From: Ascidiella aspersa
Taxonomy: Eukaryota
Assembly (NCBI GenBank): GCA_963924565.1
Contig: OZ004615.1
Location: 6,944,001 to 7,008,000, forward strand
Direction: 5' to 3'
DNA: 64,000 nucleotides
Part shown: one piece after another, positions 49,901 through 62,800 of the stretch
Position numbering within the stretch: position 1 is the first letter of the stretch
Layout: each line of letters opens with the position of its first letter
Program-made: the position numbers and the translations under genes
Notes under the pieces: generated by a model
Seen by the model: only the letters and a program-made list of their open reading frames with translations
What the model was told of the DNA's origin: nothing
Database searches by the model: none

Positions 49901-52900
49901 CTGGGTTAAAATCTTTCTTCTTTGTGCCTTGAGCCGAGCAGTACATGCTGTCTGCTGTTCTAAACTGGCCTGTACTCACACAGGGTTGCCACAAACTCTT
50001 TAAATGGAAATTTGAATTCATTTTTGGATTAAAAAGTGTGCGGAAAACCTTATGTTTTTCCAGCAGTCTTTGAATGGTATTAGCATAAATTTTATGTCCG
50101 GCTTAAGTTATGTGTTGAGCGAGCACCATTAAAGAACAATTGAAAGAATATGGCTTGACCATGAAACTTATACTGTTTTTATTTCCTATTATATTAAAAA
50201 AAACGTCGAGCGATTTCTTCACAAACCTTTAAATTTTATTTGAAAATTCTTTGAATTCTTTGTGGCAAACCAGTTAAAGATACACAACAATTTTATGAAA
50301 AAAGCCCGAAGACATTTCACTTTAACAATACTTAATAATACTATGATACTACCCAAACTAAAATGCTAACCCCAGAACTAACTTAAAAGTATGTGATGTT
50401 TTAAAATGTCTATCAACCCTAATGGGCAAAAAAATCATGATTTTTGAGTAGTTGTGAAGTTGGTAAATGCCGTCTTTTCTCGAAAAACAAATTGTTTAAA
50501 GGTTTAAAGTACTAACAAGGGACATATTTCAAAATATGTTTGTTCCTTGTGATAACTTTCCTTGCTGCAGACCTTGCTTTATTTGGGGTTACGTTATTAT
50601 AAGACGGGAATGTTTATTGAAATGTCCACAGCAGAGCTGTGTCACCAACTTGGTCAACTCTCATCGTCAAAGTTGACACCCTTGCCTGGATTTCGTCGGA
50701 GAGAAATGCGAGAAAGCAGCCAGCAACCTTCAACTAATCATCAATGGCCTTAACCTTTTAACTGCTCTTTCACAACGGTAACACAACAAACAATTTCCAA
50801 ATATGATAAAATCGGTTTGCATTTTAGGAGATAAATTTCCGAAATACAGATCGTTTAACAAACAGTCATAACGTTCGCATAAGGTGACCTCATCGACAAA
50901 AGGGGATGTCGTAATTGTAAATCTATGTTAGCTCATCTTATCAGCAACTGTCATGTCGCGATCGCGGTGATGTAAGTGGCCACGTGACTGTCACGACACT
51001 GTTTGTACAGCTCGGAGTACATTTGTCGTGCCATTTGCGGCTAGACAAGCGAATAAACATCCAGCAATTCCATTAACAGCAGGGCAAGTATACCTTTCAA
51101 ACGACAAAGTCACTTTGCCCTTTGCACTTGCACAAACAGCCGCAAGTAGCATTTAGCAAGGGGCAATTAGCATGTTTACTTTCATCACGCTTGATTAGGC
51201 TTCTGTCAATGGTCGCTAATTGGCTAAAGTCAATAGCGCTTTGTTCTAATTGAAGTGACGGCCATTATAATGTCGATTTTGTCGTTCGCTCGAAGCATTG
51301 CGACGTGCGGTTTGCGTTGAGTGATATTTTTTTTTCTAAAATGTGTTTGGCGCTACAAAGATCAATTATGTTTTAAAAAGTAATAAAGTTTGCGCGTTAC
51401 AATTATAAAGGCTTTGGAAACATGGTTGGAGGTTGTAGCAAGATGTAATAAAAATATCAAAGCCCGTATAGAAGTAGGTAGCATTTTTGAACGCAACTCT
51501 ATATTCATTTTCGACATAGTGAGAAGGCATTACAAAGGCCCTTTGTAAAACCGCTGAGAGGTGTAATGTGGTCTCTGTAATTCTCCTTGGCTGGTCAAAA
51601 TCTAATCCAACATTTAAATTATCTGTGTGTTGCGCCCAACATACCCCAAAAGCGAGTCCAGTAACCCTATATTGTTCACAAACTCGGCTCGTCGTTGAAG
51701 CCTATGTGCACTGTACAGCAACATCGAGCACGCGGGCTACATGTGTCGGAGACGACTAAACTGGCTTAAATGGGGAGGGGACCGACTCTTGTGACGCACT
51801 GCACGACTTGACATGACATTCTCTCCAAAGCAATCTGCGCGCGTCAGACTTTTGTGACAGCTACTGGCGCTTTGTCAGATGGGCGCGACCCAGGGTTTGG
51901 AATGACGGGACGGGATGCAATTGCGCTGCTGATGAAGTTATTAATTGCCGGCCCTTCCTCTGTTCCGCGAATTTGGGAGAGCTGTGATGGCATCATTTGG
52001 CACGCTGTTTGTGGGTGAGAGGCACGCCTCGCTTTAAAACGTTTTCTGACGCCGACCGAAATAGTCTCGCCGAAAGTTGCCCGAAACTTTCCCACGAATG
52101 GACAGTGCGCGCCTAATTGGGCCGAGCGGCGTAATTGTTTCAGCAAGTGATTTATGTCAACAACTGAAGGGCGACAAAAACTTGGCTGACCGACAATTTT
52201 TGTGAATATTGCTAGAATCGCGGACCTCCTCCCAACAGATAATATAGGTCGTTTAAGTGTGTTCGAAAATTTGAAACTGACATCATTCCGTAACAAAAAA
52301 TAAAATCAAAGTCATTCCTACTGAATTTTGAAACCCAAAGGTTAGATATTTCGAAACAGTCCAATAATTATCGTGACACGGAGTCGAGAATGAATCTCTA
52401 AATTTTTATCTACCTGGCATGGTTTTACTTTTTTCTCACAGTTTTATGGCCGAGGTGCATTTGTTTTCAAGTTGTAACAAAGTCTGCCTCATCTGTCTGT
52501 CTATGCACTTCAGGTCTAAACCAGAAACACTTTTAGGTCTAAACCACAAACAAAAAATCATCAGTCCGGAAATTTCGTGCAGGAAAAACCTTGTTAACGT
52601 CAGTAATCACTCGAAAAAGAAAAGAAGAAAACGCGCCACGGGCATCTCTCTCCACATCTCGGCGCCCGATCGCTCGTCAAGTCACGATTAATTCGCAAGG
52701 TGTGAGCCAACGGCACGCGAGAGCGAACGTCGAAATCGAACGGAAAAACACGAAAATGAAAGAACGCGACAAAGAACTGTTAAAATTGCACTTTCCCTGT
52801 GAGAAAAGGCGTCGCTCCACCAGGCCCGTCGCGTCGACAGGGCAACGCGCGAAACGCGACACGCGGCAAGCAAAGCGACACGCGGTACGAACGAAACCGA

Positions 52901-53051
52901 AGAGAAAAAACACAACGCGAAAGATTGATTGTGCAAAAAAACGAACAAGGAAAAAAACAAGAAAAAAGAGTGAACTTTAAAAGCACAACAACACGAAAAA
53001 GCAACGAACAGGGCGAGGGGGAGTCAAATCTTGACTACCGAGAAACGCCGG

Positions 53052-53815
53052 CTAAGCCAGCGCGCTGTTGCGCGAAAGCGTAAAGTTGCTGATGTCGCCC
53101 AGGCGCTTGCCCAGGTGGATTTGTGTGCACGTGATGGGCAGGTAGGCGTCACACGACTGCGTCATCTGCACCACAACCTTGGGTCCGCTTGCCAGGCCAC
53201 CACTGCTGGTGCTGGTGCGACTGGTCGTGGTGGTGATGGTGGACGGCGTCGTCGAGTAGACGGTCGAAATTGAAGTGGAGGTGCGGCTCTCCATGGTCAC
53301 AGTGCTTGTTACGGTTGCGGTAGCGGCGCTATAATCCGTGTGTAGGCGGCTAACGACCGACGGAGGCGACAGCGCCGTTTTGGGCGACTTGGGAGCCGGC
53401 GTCGAGTCGGCGAGGAACTCTTTGGGAAGGGGACGCTTCTTGCGCGGCAGCGGGCAGTTACTCCTCACTACCACCGATACTGTTAATGGTGTAGTTGCAG
53501 GTGCAAGGGGCGCGGAAGTGTTCGTCAGCAGCGGCGTGCGCTCGATCTGACTCTGACAGGTTTGTTGCTCGCGGTGACGCAAAGGCGATGATTCAGCGTC
53601 GGTGGGCGCGTTCTCGCAAGAGCTTCCGCCTTCGCTCGAGCCCGGGCCCTCCATCCTGTTTACCGCGCCAGCGCAGTCACGAGGTTCCGTTTGCTGCTGT
53701 TGTTGCTGCTGTGGAGCTTGCGTATCGTCGTCGCACGACACAACCTCGCAGCAGTGCGACAGTTCCAGCTCCTCGCAAATCACCGACGAGTCGTCACAGT
53801 CGTCGCCGTTGTCGG
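53052..53815 (-). CDS. IER5L: IER gene coding exon 2 (low-complexity region, polyQ, NLS-like PRKKRP)
   Basis: TTTTCTTTTGCAG acceptor, 254 open codons to TAG, phase matches exon 1. Confidence 0.8.
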
Positions 53816-56800
53816 CTGCAAAAGAAAACAGCAACCGGTTAATTTTGGGCTCGAATCGTTTGAATGGTAAGCAAATCGCGCCGCCAACATAATGATCAAA
53901 TAGCTTCTATGGGGAGTTCATAAGCACACTACTACCAGGCATTTTACATATAGTTGAAAACAATAAAATGCTGCGTTTACAAAACACATAAGTCGGTGTA
54001 ACGCAATATCGCCCGAGCGCCCGCAATAAAGCTTTAGCAATCGACGCTTTTTTTACTTTACCCTGGCGTTTGCGCCCTATACGACCTACTATTGCCGCTG
54101 TTGGCAAGGTGAACTTTGCAGCTGCAATAGGAAGCGAGCGTGACGTCACTGCGGCCAAAAGTACCGGCACGTGACTTGAGAAAGGCTGGAAGTCGTTGGC
54201 GGGCCCTGGCCTAAGGTCGGCCTCGGCGATTTGTTTATGTTATTGTAAGAGTCAGATTGCTTGACGCGCCTGTGCTAAGTGATGCGACGTGGGGCGGCGA
54301 ACCCAGTCGAACCTTTGGTTTAGGTTTAGGCGGACGTTTATTTGTTTGCCGGCAAACGGCGCGCGCTGTTTTTTATAGATATCCTGTCGCGTATGTATGT
54401 CTGTGATTTTATCGAGCGGAAAAGGATTTGTGCGGCGCCTTTCTGCTGGAACTGCTGAAAGTGGCGACGTCGCAATTTGGATAAACTGTAATATAGCTGG
54501 TAGTATCGAAATAGCTGCTGTAATATAGCTGGAAGTATCGTAATAGCTGCTGTAATGTAGCTAGGACGTCGCAGTTGTTTAAAATGATCTAGTACCAGCA
54601 CTACAAACAGTACCGAGAAAACGTCTCTAATCGCTTCGACTTTTTGATTGATCTAGGACCAGCCAATTGCCTGGCTGCATTACGACGCCTTACTACATCG
54701 ATCAGAGCGTATATTAGCGTTTACAGGTGGAGATGATCGAATTAACGTCGTGCTGCTGCTTATGAGCAATGACGCGCACATCCAGCGTGTTTCCGGGCTG
54801 GCGTCCTCAAACACGGAAGTCTCGAGCGACTAACGAGCCCTGGTGCATCTTGGCAGGCCGAAAACGCGGGCTCTAAGGGTGTCGGGTTGCAAGTACAACC
54901 GCTGTCGTAGTCTTTCTGCTCGCACAGGGTCGATTGCGCAACGCGGTTCGCAAAGCTAGCCGGCTTACCTATAAAAACGCGCCTCTCCTTTTCCCAGTAG
55001 TAGGCGGGAGGTTAAGCAAACACGAGACGACAAATACAAACACATGGCCCGGTTAACTGCGCCCGCTACATCATGGCACCCAATGCCGAATTATTGCCGA
55101 TTCGTCAACACGGCCAGATGAACATTGGCCTCGCAAAAAGCGAAAGAGACACGGCCTTGCGAGTGCGTCATACGACCGACAAGGGGGCCTGTGTATCGGT
55201 CGTTAAACCCACCAAATGGCCAGCAACACCCTCTTATACAGCGGTCGTTTGTCGATGGCCGCTGTTCTGGGCCGGAACGCTTTTAACTGCTTTTAACTAC
55301 GAGCCGTAAAAAGCGCCATTCGCCGCTGTATGATCTGTTCGGTGTACGATTTTCGCAAATGCGGCACGAAAGAGAAATTCAATTGAGTTCCACCGTGCCG
55401 TGAAAGTACATAACGATGACAAGACGGGTGTTGCCCGGTTAAGTATGCGGTTGGACGCCAGTGTAAGGTGCTATTTTGGCAGAACCATGCGGTTTCCGTG
55501 GGGCATCGTCGCGTTTTGTGCGGAAGCAACGCAGTTATATCGGTGCGAATTAGTGGGCGATCGGTCGGTCGGCTATAATTAATTCTCGGGTGCCAAAGTC
55601 CACCCGCGGCTGCAACGCGCTTGCTTGCAGCAAATTGCCTTGTCCGGGTTATTTCGGGCGGTGAAATGCATTTTAAAAGGTTACTTTAATTGGGACAGTC
55701 GTTTGGGCGCTAAGCAATACACAACAAACACCTTCATAACCGTCGTTATTTAGGCTAGTTAGCGTGACTAGTACGTAAGTACCCTTAAACCTCTATATCT
55801 GTCTAGGTTATTTTTAGAGTTGAGCACCGATGGGCGAGAAAATTACTTCTTCAGAAACTCTTCAAAACTGTAAGCACCATACCAGATGTTAACACCAGGC
55901 TTTGACGGGTGCTGAGCACTGAATGGCACCCTTAACTTTTCTTTCCTTGGTTATTTTGGGTGCTAAGCGCCAACTGATCTATCGCGAAATCGCCTTTAAA
56001 TGGCACCAGACGAATTCCCAGGAAGCTCATGAATGGGCAGTAATGTGCCGCGCAAAAATAACTCACTAAACGAGGGGTGGCATAGCGGCTATTGCAAATA
56101 AATATAAGAAGCGATTAGGGGCGGTAAACATCGAGCAAAGAAGACGACGTACCTGCTTTTTCCGCGAGGTCCGAGAGCCTTTGAAAGGACATAACATGGG
56201 CGGTGTTGATCGAAACGGACACGGGCCGAGTCACTTGCGCTATGCGGGAAACTGTGACGTCGGTGTTGGTCACGCACGACTGCAGAACCGAAGGTGACGC
56301 GCTGCTGGGCAGCTCCGGGTCCGAATCGATGAGGTAGGTTTCCGATTCTGCGCAGGGGAGAAAAAGACCAGAGTTGAGTTTAAATGCCTTTTGTTCGGGG
56401 CTGAGCTGTTAAGAGTGCGTTGCAACACGATAGCGGTGCGAGCGCGTTGGAAGGGCGGCGAGCTGCTTGCCTTTGCCTGCTTTGTTACACTCGCCCGCAC
56501 GAAAAAACACTGAGAAAAGGAAATCCTAGGACGCCGTATAGGTGTCGCATTTCGCCGCCAACGCTACTGTTGCTTGTTCCACGCCCAGCCTTAAAGCCAG
56601 CACGCTGCCATGCGGTGATGAGAAAAAAAGCGAGCGCCGATACTTGTTACGTCACACAGTCAACTACTACGGGGCAGCGTGTTTACACGGGGGAGTCTGG
56701 TCAGGCGGGCCTGGGCAACTGGACATCTGTCAGGCGGCGGGCGCATCGCCCTGGATTATCTCGCCTGCCCGCGGCCAGACGACGAGTATACGTGCGTGGT

Positions 56801-59141
56801 GGGGGGGAGGTTTTGGTGCGAGCGAGGTCAATCCTCTTTTAGAAAGCGGCGATAACAAGCGGCTTCTGTTGTAGTAATGCGCGGTGACAGGGGCGCGCGC
56901 ACCGGCCTTCCTTTTTGCCGCACGTCGATTAGCGCGCGAATTAATGGGTAATTGCATGCTCGCGTTAAAACGGCATCGTCGTCAACCCTTTGTTTTTTTC
57001 GCATCCCGCGTGCAATTAGGGATTTTATGGCGCTGCGAATCCATTATGGTCACCGGCTGGTTTACTCGAGAGTGAAGCTAAAGTACCAAACCACCACAGT
57101 CAAAAGGAAGGCAACTCGGAAAAGCCAACAGCAGCCTGTGTTTAGCCCCGACAAAAAACGCGGATTGGAATGGCATTGCGTATCTCCTGTTTTGCCCATT
57201 CGCGATTTGTTTTGCACTTTGCCAGTCAATAGCAAGCCAGTAGTTTGCACGAAAATTGCACGGTACTCTTTCTCCTTTAAATCGAAGAAAAAGCGGGTCA
57301 ACGAAACCGTCAATCTTGTTCTTAAAAAACGAATGGAATTTTTAAAGCGAGCAACGCCCTGCGGCAACGCGCCAAAAGCGTAAACCGCCACACAATGCCC
57401 GAGACTTTAATATTGGAACGCTAGGATAAAGTAGGAGAGAAACGCGCCCGCCTAATCCCGGACTTAGAGCAGAGCGCTGTTTATTTACGGCCCGCTGCGT
57501 CTTACTGTACGTGACGAATTTCGTTTCTTTTGCAAAACGAGTTGATAAAAAACGCGTTTTGTTCTGCTTCGCGGAACCGAATCAAAATAGACGCGACAAA
57601 GCGTACAAAAATTGATGCGTGTTTTTTTTTATTCTGCCGCCCGCCTAAACCAAACTGCAGGTTAAAAATGCGAACCGATGTACACCGGCAGCAATTCCAT
57701 TGGGAAGTTAAGCACGTTGGCTGCCTAATTTTGGACCAATTGGAAAGGCTGTCGGAAAGTGCACTCCGTCGTTTAAGGAAATAATAGCCGGCATGTTCGG
57801 AGCGTAGAACCGTGGGACTTTCGCGTAGGGCGGATTGGGCCCTTTACCAAATGGCATCGTACAATCGACCACCTATCAATACCGGCGATTAAGGCGGGTC
57901 TGCGGGCACTTACTTTACCGGCGCCGCTATTCGCAAAGCAATGGCGGAAGTTTAAGAAGCTGAGCCACACACATACAAGCACGGTTATGACGCGCCGGGG
58001 TTTCCAGCCAGAAGGAAGCGTTGCAAGACACAGCGCAGATGCACGCTTATTGCTGTCTGCACGTCTCGCGCTATATTCGGACTGCTGATTTGGCGCGCCC
58101 CCCTTTACACGCTGAGCTCGTGTGAAAATTGCAGTCAACAGCAGCCGTAGCAGCAGCAGCGGTAGTGGTTGTGGCGCGCGACTTTTGGACAGTCACAACA
58201 CGAGCGCTTCCTCTAACGCTGACAGGATGTTACATCATTTAGCGCGGCGCCAGGCCCTGCGCTGGCCTGATATAGGCTGCGCTGGCCATGAATAACCGCG
58301 CGCGTGAATCAATCTAGCGCGCGAAAAAACATAGTAAAACGGCAGCCCACATTGGCGGGTCACAGGACCTACATCGTGTATAGGAAGTGGGAGCATGTTG
58401 GGTCGCCGTTAAAAAAAAACTGACTATTGCTGCTGCTGCTGCTGCTGCTACTGATTTTTGCAGCGGCAATGCGCGGCCGTTTTGACAATGAATCACGGCG
58501 GCACGCCCACGCAAATACACTTCCGCACGACTTGCCACGGCGATCCTGCGTATTGTGTAGGATGCGGGCCAATGCAGGTTGCGAGTGACTGCAGGGCCAA
58601 AGGTGCTGGCAGATTCCTAGTATTCCTGCGGCATTTTTTTACGCATTTAGACTACAATCCCTACAAATTGATACATCACGCAACCAATTAAGCCTCTGTA
58701 ACTACAAACAGTAGCGACCATACGCACAATAACATTGATCACAAATGCGCGCTCATAGTGTTTACAAAACAAAGAACCACAACGCTTGCAGCTTAAACCG
58801 GTAGAAAACAACAATCGACAATCTAGCACAAACAATTCACCTTTGTTTCGTCTTTCGTCGAGGTCTTTCACAGTGCCAAACTCGTTTGAAACGTCATAGT
58901 CCCTTTTGTAAGTGTCCGATCGCATATCTGAAATTGTGTTCGCTACGATCTCGAAATCTTCTTCCAAATAAGCGCATCGCACCTCTTGTAAGACGTGCGC
59001 TACGAGCAGGGCTTTTCTTAGGTCCATTCCGCGGGACTTTCGATCGCTGCGCCCGGCCAATCCCGAGCCGGCGCCCGAAGTCATTTTGTCGATTGAAATG
59101 CTGATGAGATGCTGTAGTTCGGCATCCATGTCCAACAGCAT
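53052..59141 (-). CDS. IER5L: Immediate early response (IER2/IER5/IER5L family) protein, 354 aa; join(complement 59141..58841, 53815..53052)
   Basis: N-terminus AELQHLISISIDKM...RGMDLRKALLVAHVLQEVRCAYL resembles the IER N-terminal domain (A..L..ISL.K....RGG..L.K.LLV..VL..AR..YL). Phase-1 GTGAAT/TTTTGCAG intron joins to a Ser/Thr/Pro-rich exon with polyQ and a PRKKRP basic motif. Assignment is family-level; the symbol is approximate. Confidence 0.82.
54486..54563. repeat. Short tandem repeat (about 32-bp unit CTGTAATATAGCTGGTAGTATCGAAATAGCTG) in the IER intron
   Basis: Direct reading, about 2.4 copies. Confidence 0.7.
58841..59141 (-). CDS. IER5L: IER gene coding exon 1 (IER domain)
   Basis: AAAATG start 28 nt after a TTTCTTTCAG acceptor; GTGAAT donor at 58840. 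Confidence 0.85.
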
Positions 59142-59828
59142 TTTGGTCGTGTGTTTATTAAACGTTTTCCTGAAAGAAAATCGACACGACGTTTAGAGAA
59201 ATATCCACAGTAGGTATATCACAATGACAAAACGGTAATCCAGTTGTAATGCTAGTGCTGGTACTTAACTACAAGCAGACTCAATACATAGGCCATATTG
59301 CTTTTAAATCAGCACTTGAGTAGCCACGCTTTATAGTTAACTAGCTTAAACTGTTCTAATAACAGTTAAACTCTTTGGAACACTATATACGGATCTGTTC
59401 ATAAGTTTAATGGTAAAACTCTTATTTATGTACTATCAGTTACCAGTACAAAAGCATGACTTGTAAACTGTGCAGCTGCGTTTCTTTAAAACCGTCAAAA
59501 CAAGCTGCTTTCTCTAACAAGCTTATCGAGAGACTGAAACAACTCGGGCACTGCCGTTGCGAGATAACCTTCTTGGCGTTAAGTCACGAAGAGTTATCTC
59601 CTGAAATATGCCGCTCGATATGGCATTTGCCACTGCCTTGCCAAGAGGCCATTTTTTCCTTTTCCACTTGGCATTCTGAAGCCTTCTTCTCGGACGACCT
59701 TCGCGCCACTTGTATTGATCGCTGGCAAGGCTATTCTCTGCTTGCCTATTTCTGCGTCCGCCACTCGAAGCGAGGCCGAGCGCTATTGATCGTTCGACCC
59801 GCTTAATCCCTCCACAAAAAACGAGCAC

Positions 59829-59877
59829 ACTGATTACGTCACAAAAGCCCTCTGTTCTTCTCTCGGTCTGTTTATAG
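59829..59877 (-). promoter_or_regulatory. Probable core promoter of the IER gene: TATAAA (59876-59871), CRE-like TGACGTAA (59841-59834), Inr-like TCAGT
   Basis: Motifs lie in the gene's orientation within a CpG-rich block about 700 nt upstream of the ATG. TSS not verified. Confidence 0.45.
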
Positions 59878-62800
59878 TGTGCGTTGGAGAGAAGGCGGGA
59901 GGCCGTACTGGCGCGGACCCGTGAGACCTTCAGAATCGATGGCGCGGAGAAATAGTGCGGTCGCCCGCTCGTTCTCAACGGGTGTTATTGGAATGTGTGT
60001 GCGCGCGCGTGCCTCTTCTCTCAGTCTCTTTGCGCGCACGCACCGAATTAGGCGCGCGGCGTGCATGTTTCGAAACCGTTGCGCAACTTTGTTTTGACGG
60101 CCGAAATTGGGAGGGAACGTCCTTCCGCGTTGCAAATGGCCTTTCGAGGCCAGCCTATCACGCCAGTTGGTAGGTCGCGCTGCTGTCAGCGGCTTGATAA
60201 ATTGTGGGAATTTTAAGTGTATTCTAACATTGTGTTACTTTTCAACCGACTGCTGACCTCGTTTACTGTGCTGGAACACTCAAACTGTAGCTCGACTGTT
60301 TAAAATCTACATGATACAAAAACAGTGTTTTTGACACTCACCTTTAAACAAGACAAGCTGCAAGGTATTTTCACATTTGTTTCGTTGCTTCTGAGTTGAA
60401 ACTTGGACAGCTGAATTAAGTCGACTTTAGTGTAACCAAAATCCAACCCTTTTGTCTAAAAAATTCTATACAGATTGACAGTCCTGTAGCTCTGAGTCAC
60501 GTATAAACACCGGGCACTGTATTTCCTTGTTTGGCCTTGTTCTATGTATATAACAAGCATAATATATATTTGTTTATGGAGCTGTACATGCTCTCTGAGT
60601 CTAGCAATATAAGGAAATGCGGCCGACTGGTTGTTTTGTTAGCACGCATCTATATATAAATTATACCTTTTAAAAGCCTTGCTGACCTTTCGGTCGTTTT
60701 TAGTTGAGTGTGTATTTTAAATTTATTTAAATTCCTAACCGTTATAATATTTTGTTTTGACATTTTATACACAACTTTTAAACTAGGCTATATCGAACTA
60801 GCTGCTGTTTGAAGGCCTTGCTTTAAATTTCCATGCCAGCGACACTTGGAAAGGCATTTAGTAAATTAGAAAGATCTATTTAACTTTATTTCAATATCAC
60901 AATCTAGGTTTCCTTCATAACATCAGTATAATAACACTTCTTGGGTGGTAAAATGTACAATATTTAATTGGAAACACTCTTAATGAGGCACTAAAAATGT
61001 GCTAAAGGAATTTTAATTGTGTAATTAACTGGCGAATGTCACTTTATTAAAATATTCGCCAGCCCTTCAATTACTGTGTTTCAAATCAGGCCCAAATTGT
61101 TATGCATAACACCTTCTCGAAATTCAAGTGCCAGTGTCCGGCCAAAACGGATGGCAATTTGTGGTGCACGAAAACGGGTTATTGAGCGTTTTTAGCTTCT
61201 GTGGGTGGTAATTGGGTTTACGAAGAAGTTCTGCCTGCCGTAACGGGAGCCCCTTAATTAGCTGTCATAGACTGGCTTCCAGATGGCTGACATAAAATGC
61301 CTGAGCAACAAAAGCTGCTTCTCGATGACGGCCCTGTAGAATTTCCGCCCAATGAAATATTGATGAGAATGGAACAGTACCCATTAAGCTAACGTCACGT
61401 GAACGGCAAAGCTGTTTTAAGTGTTGGGTTCGGTGGGCTTGCACGGAGTTTAAAATTTGAGCCCCTTTAGTATCGCATTTGACCTCTTCTGTATTTTTAG
61501 TTTTCACCTGAGAGTCCATGGGGATTCGGGGACCTGTTACGTAAGTTCAATTTGCATATAGAACTCCTTTTTCCCCCAACAGTTCAATAACGTTTCGCTG
61601 CAGTTCAGTGGCCATTAGTTTTACGAATATATATCGTAGAAAATGCTGTGTACTGCTTGCCTGCAGTCAATTTAAAAGATTGATTTTATTTGGAAGAATA
61701 GCCAATTAACAATTCCAGCAATGTGCTTACAACAGGTGTACAGCGCAATTAATGTTAAATTGACATCTGTTTTAGATTGCCTGCATGTGGGAATTTTAAC
61801 CACGGAGCATATGGTCGATGCTGGCCTCGGCTTGGCTGAGCCGCGTTGCTAAATAATAAATGCCTGGCAGATAAGCCAACCACAAAAAAGTAATACAACG
61901 TGGAGGATAAAATTGATAAAACTATCGTTTAATTCTGGCAACAGCAAGTCACTTAAACTAGGTTTATATTGATCAAAACGTCTGATTTCGAAATACTAAG
62001 GCACATTTTTATTGCAGTTATTTGTGGATCTTTTGTAAAATTAGCAAAACCACGAGTTTTTTATCATTCTTTTGGGGTGTAATAAAGGGTAGTACTCGGT
62101 GTAAACCATGGAAAGGAGTAGCGACAGCTGCAAGCCCAACACTGCACTAACAAATGAACCCTAAATGACCAATGTAGCCCAGGACAGGTTGAAATATAGT
62201 CAAAAGTCCATCATTTTTCATCTGTCAAATTCACACTCCATTTTATATAAAATGTTGAAAGAAACGACAAACTAGCCGAAGGGTTAACACGCGCTTAAAA
62301 ATAGGGTTCACAAGCCAGACCTATTTTAAAAAAACGCATGACTGTCGCATATGTGTGCGTATGTGACCTGAAGCTAATCTTGCAACATCAATCCTTCGAA
62401 AAGCGATTTATTTTCGTGCCCAATCGGTTGTCGACCACGTTTTTTGCGGCGGCAGCGCCAACGACGACCACGTTGCTGAGGGTTAAAGGGCGCAAACAGA
62501 ATTAGAGGCGTGACGCAAGTTTCGAAACGTGGCCGATCTCGTCCGCCTGGCTTGCTCTATGCGCTCGCGCTAAACAAACGGCATTTGCCGGAGGGAGCCG
62601 AGCGCTACGAAACCTGACGCTCGGGTCTTGTGATCCAGTCTATCACGTGTTGCCGAGCACCGCGTGTGCTCTACTGGACCCGCCCGTTCTTGCGTCATTC
62701 TTTGTGTGTATTGTGCCGGTTCGTTTTTCGCTGGGCGGCCTTTTCGCTTGGCTTGCCAACGGGGCGCGATTGTTGTTGTTCATTCGGTCGCCCAATCCAA

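Noticed and set aside
52419-53083. Several overlapping basic or Phe-rich ORFs
   Set aside because: Low-complexity 3'UTR of the IER gene; no coding bias
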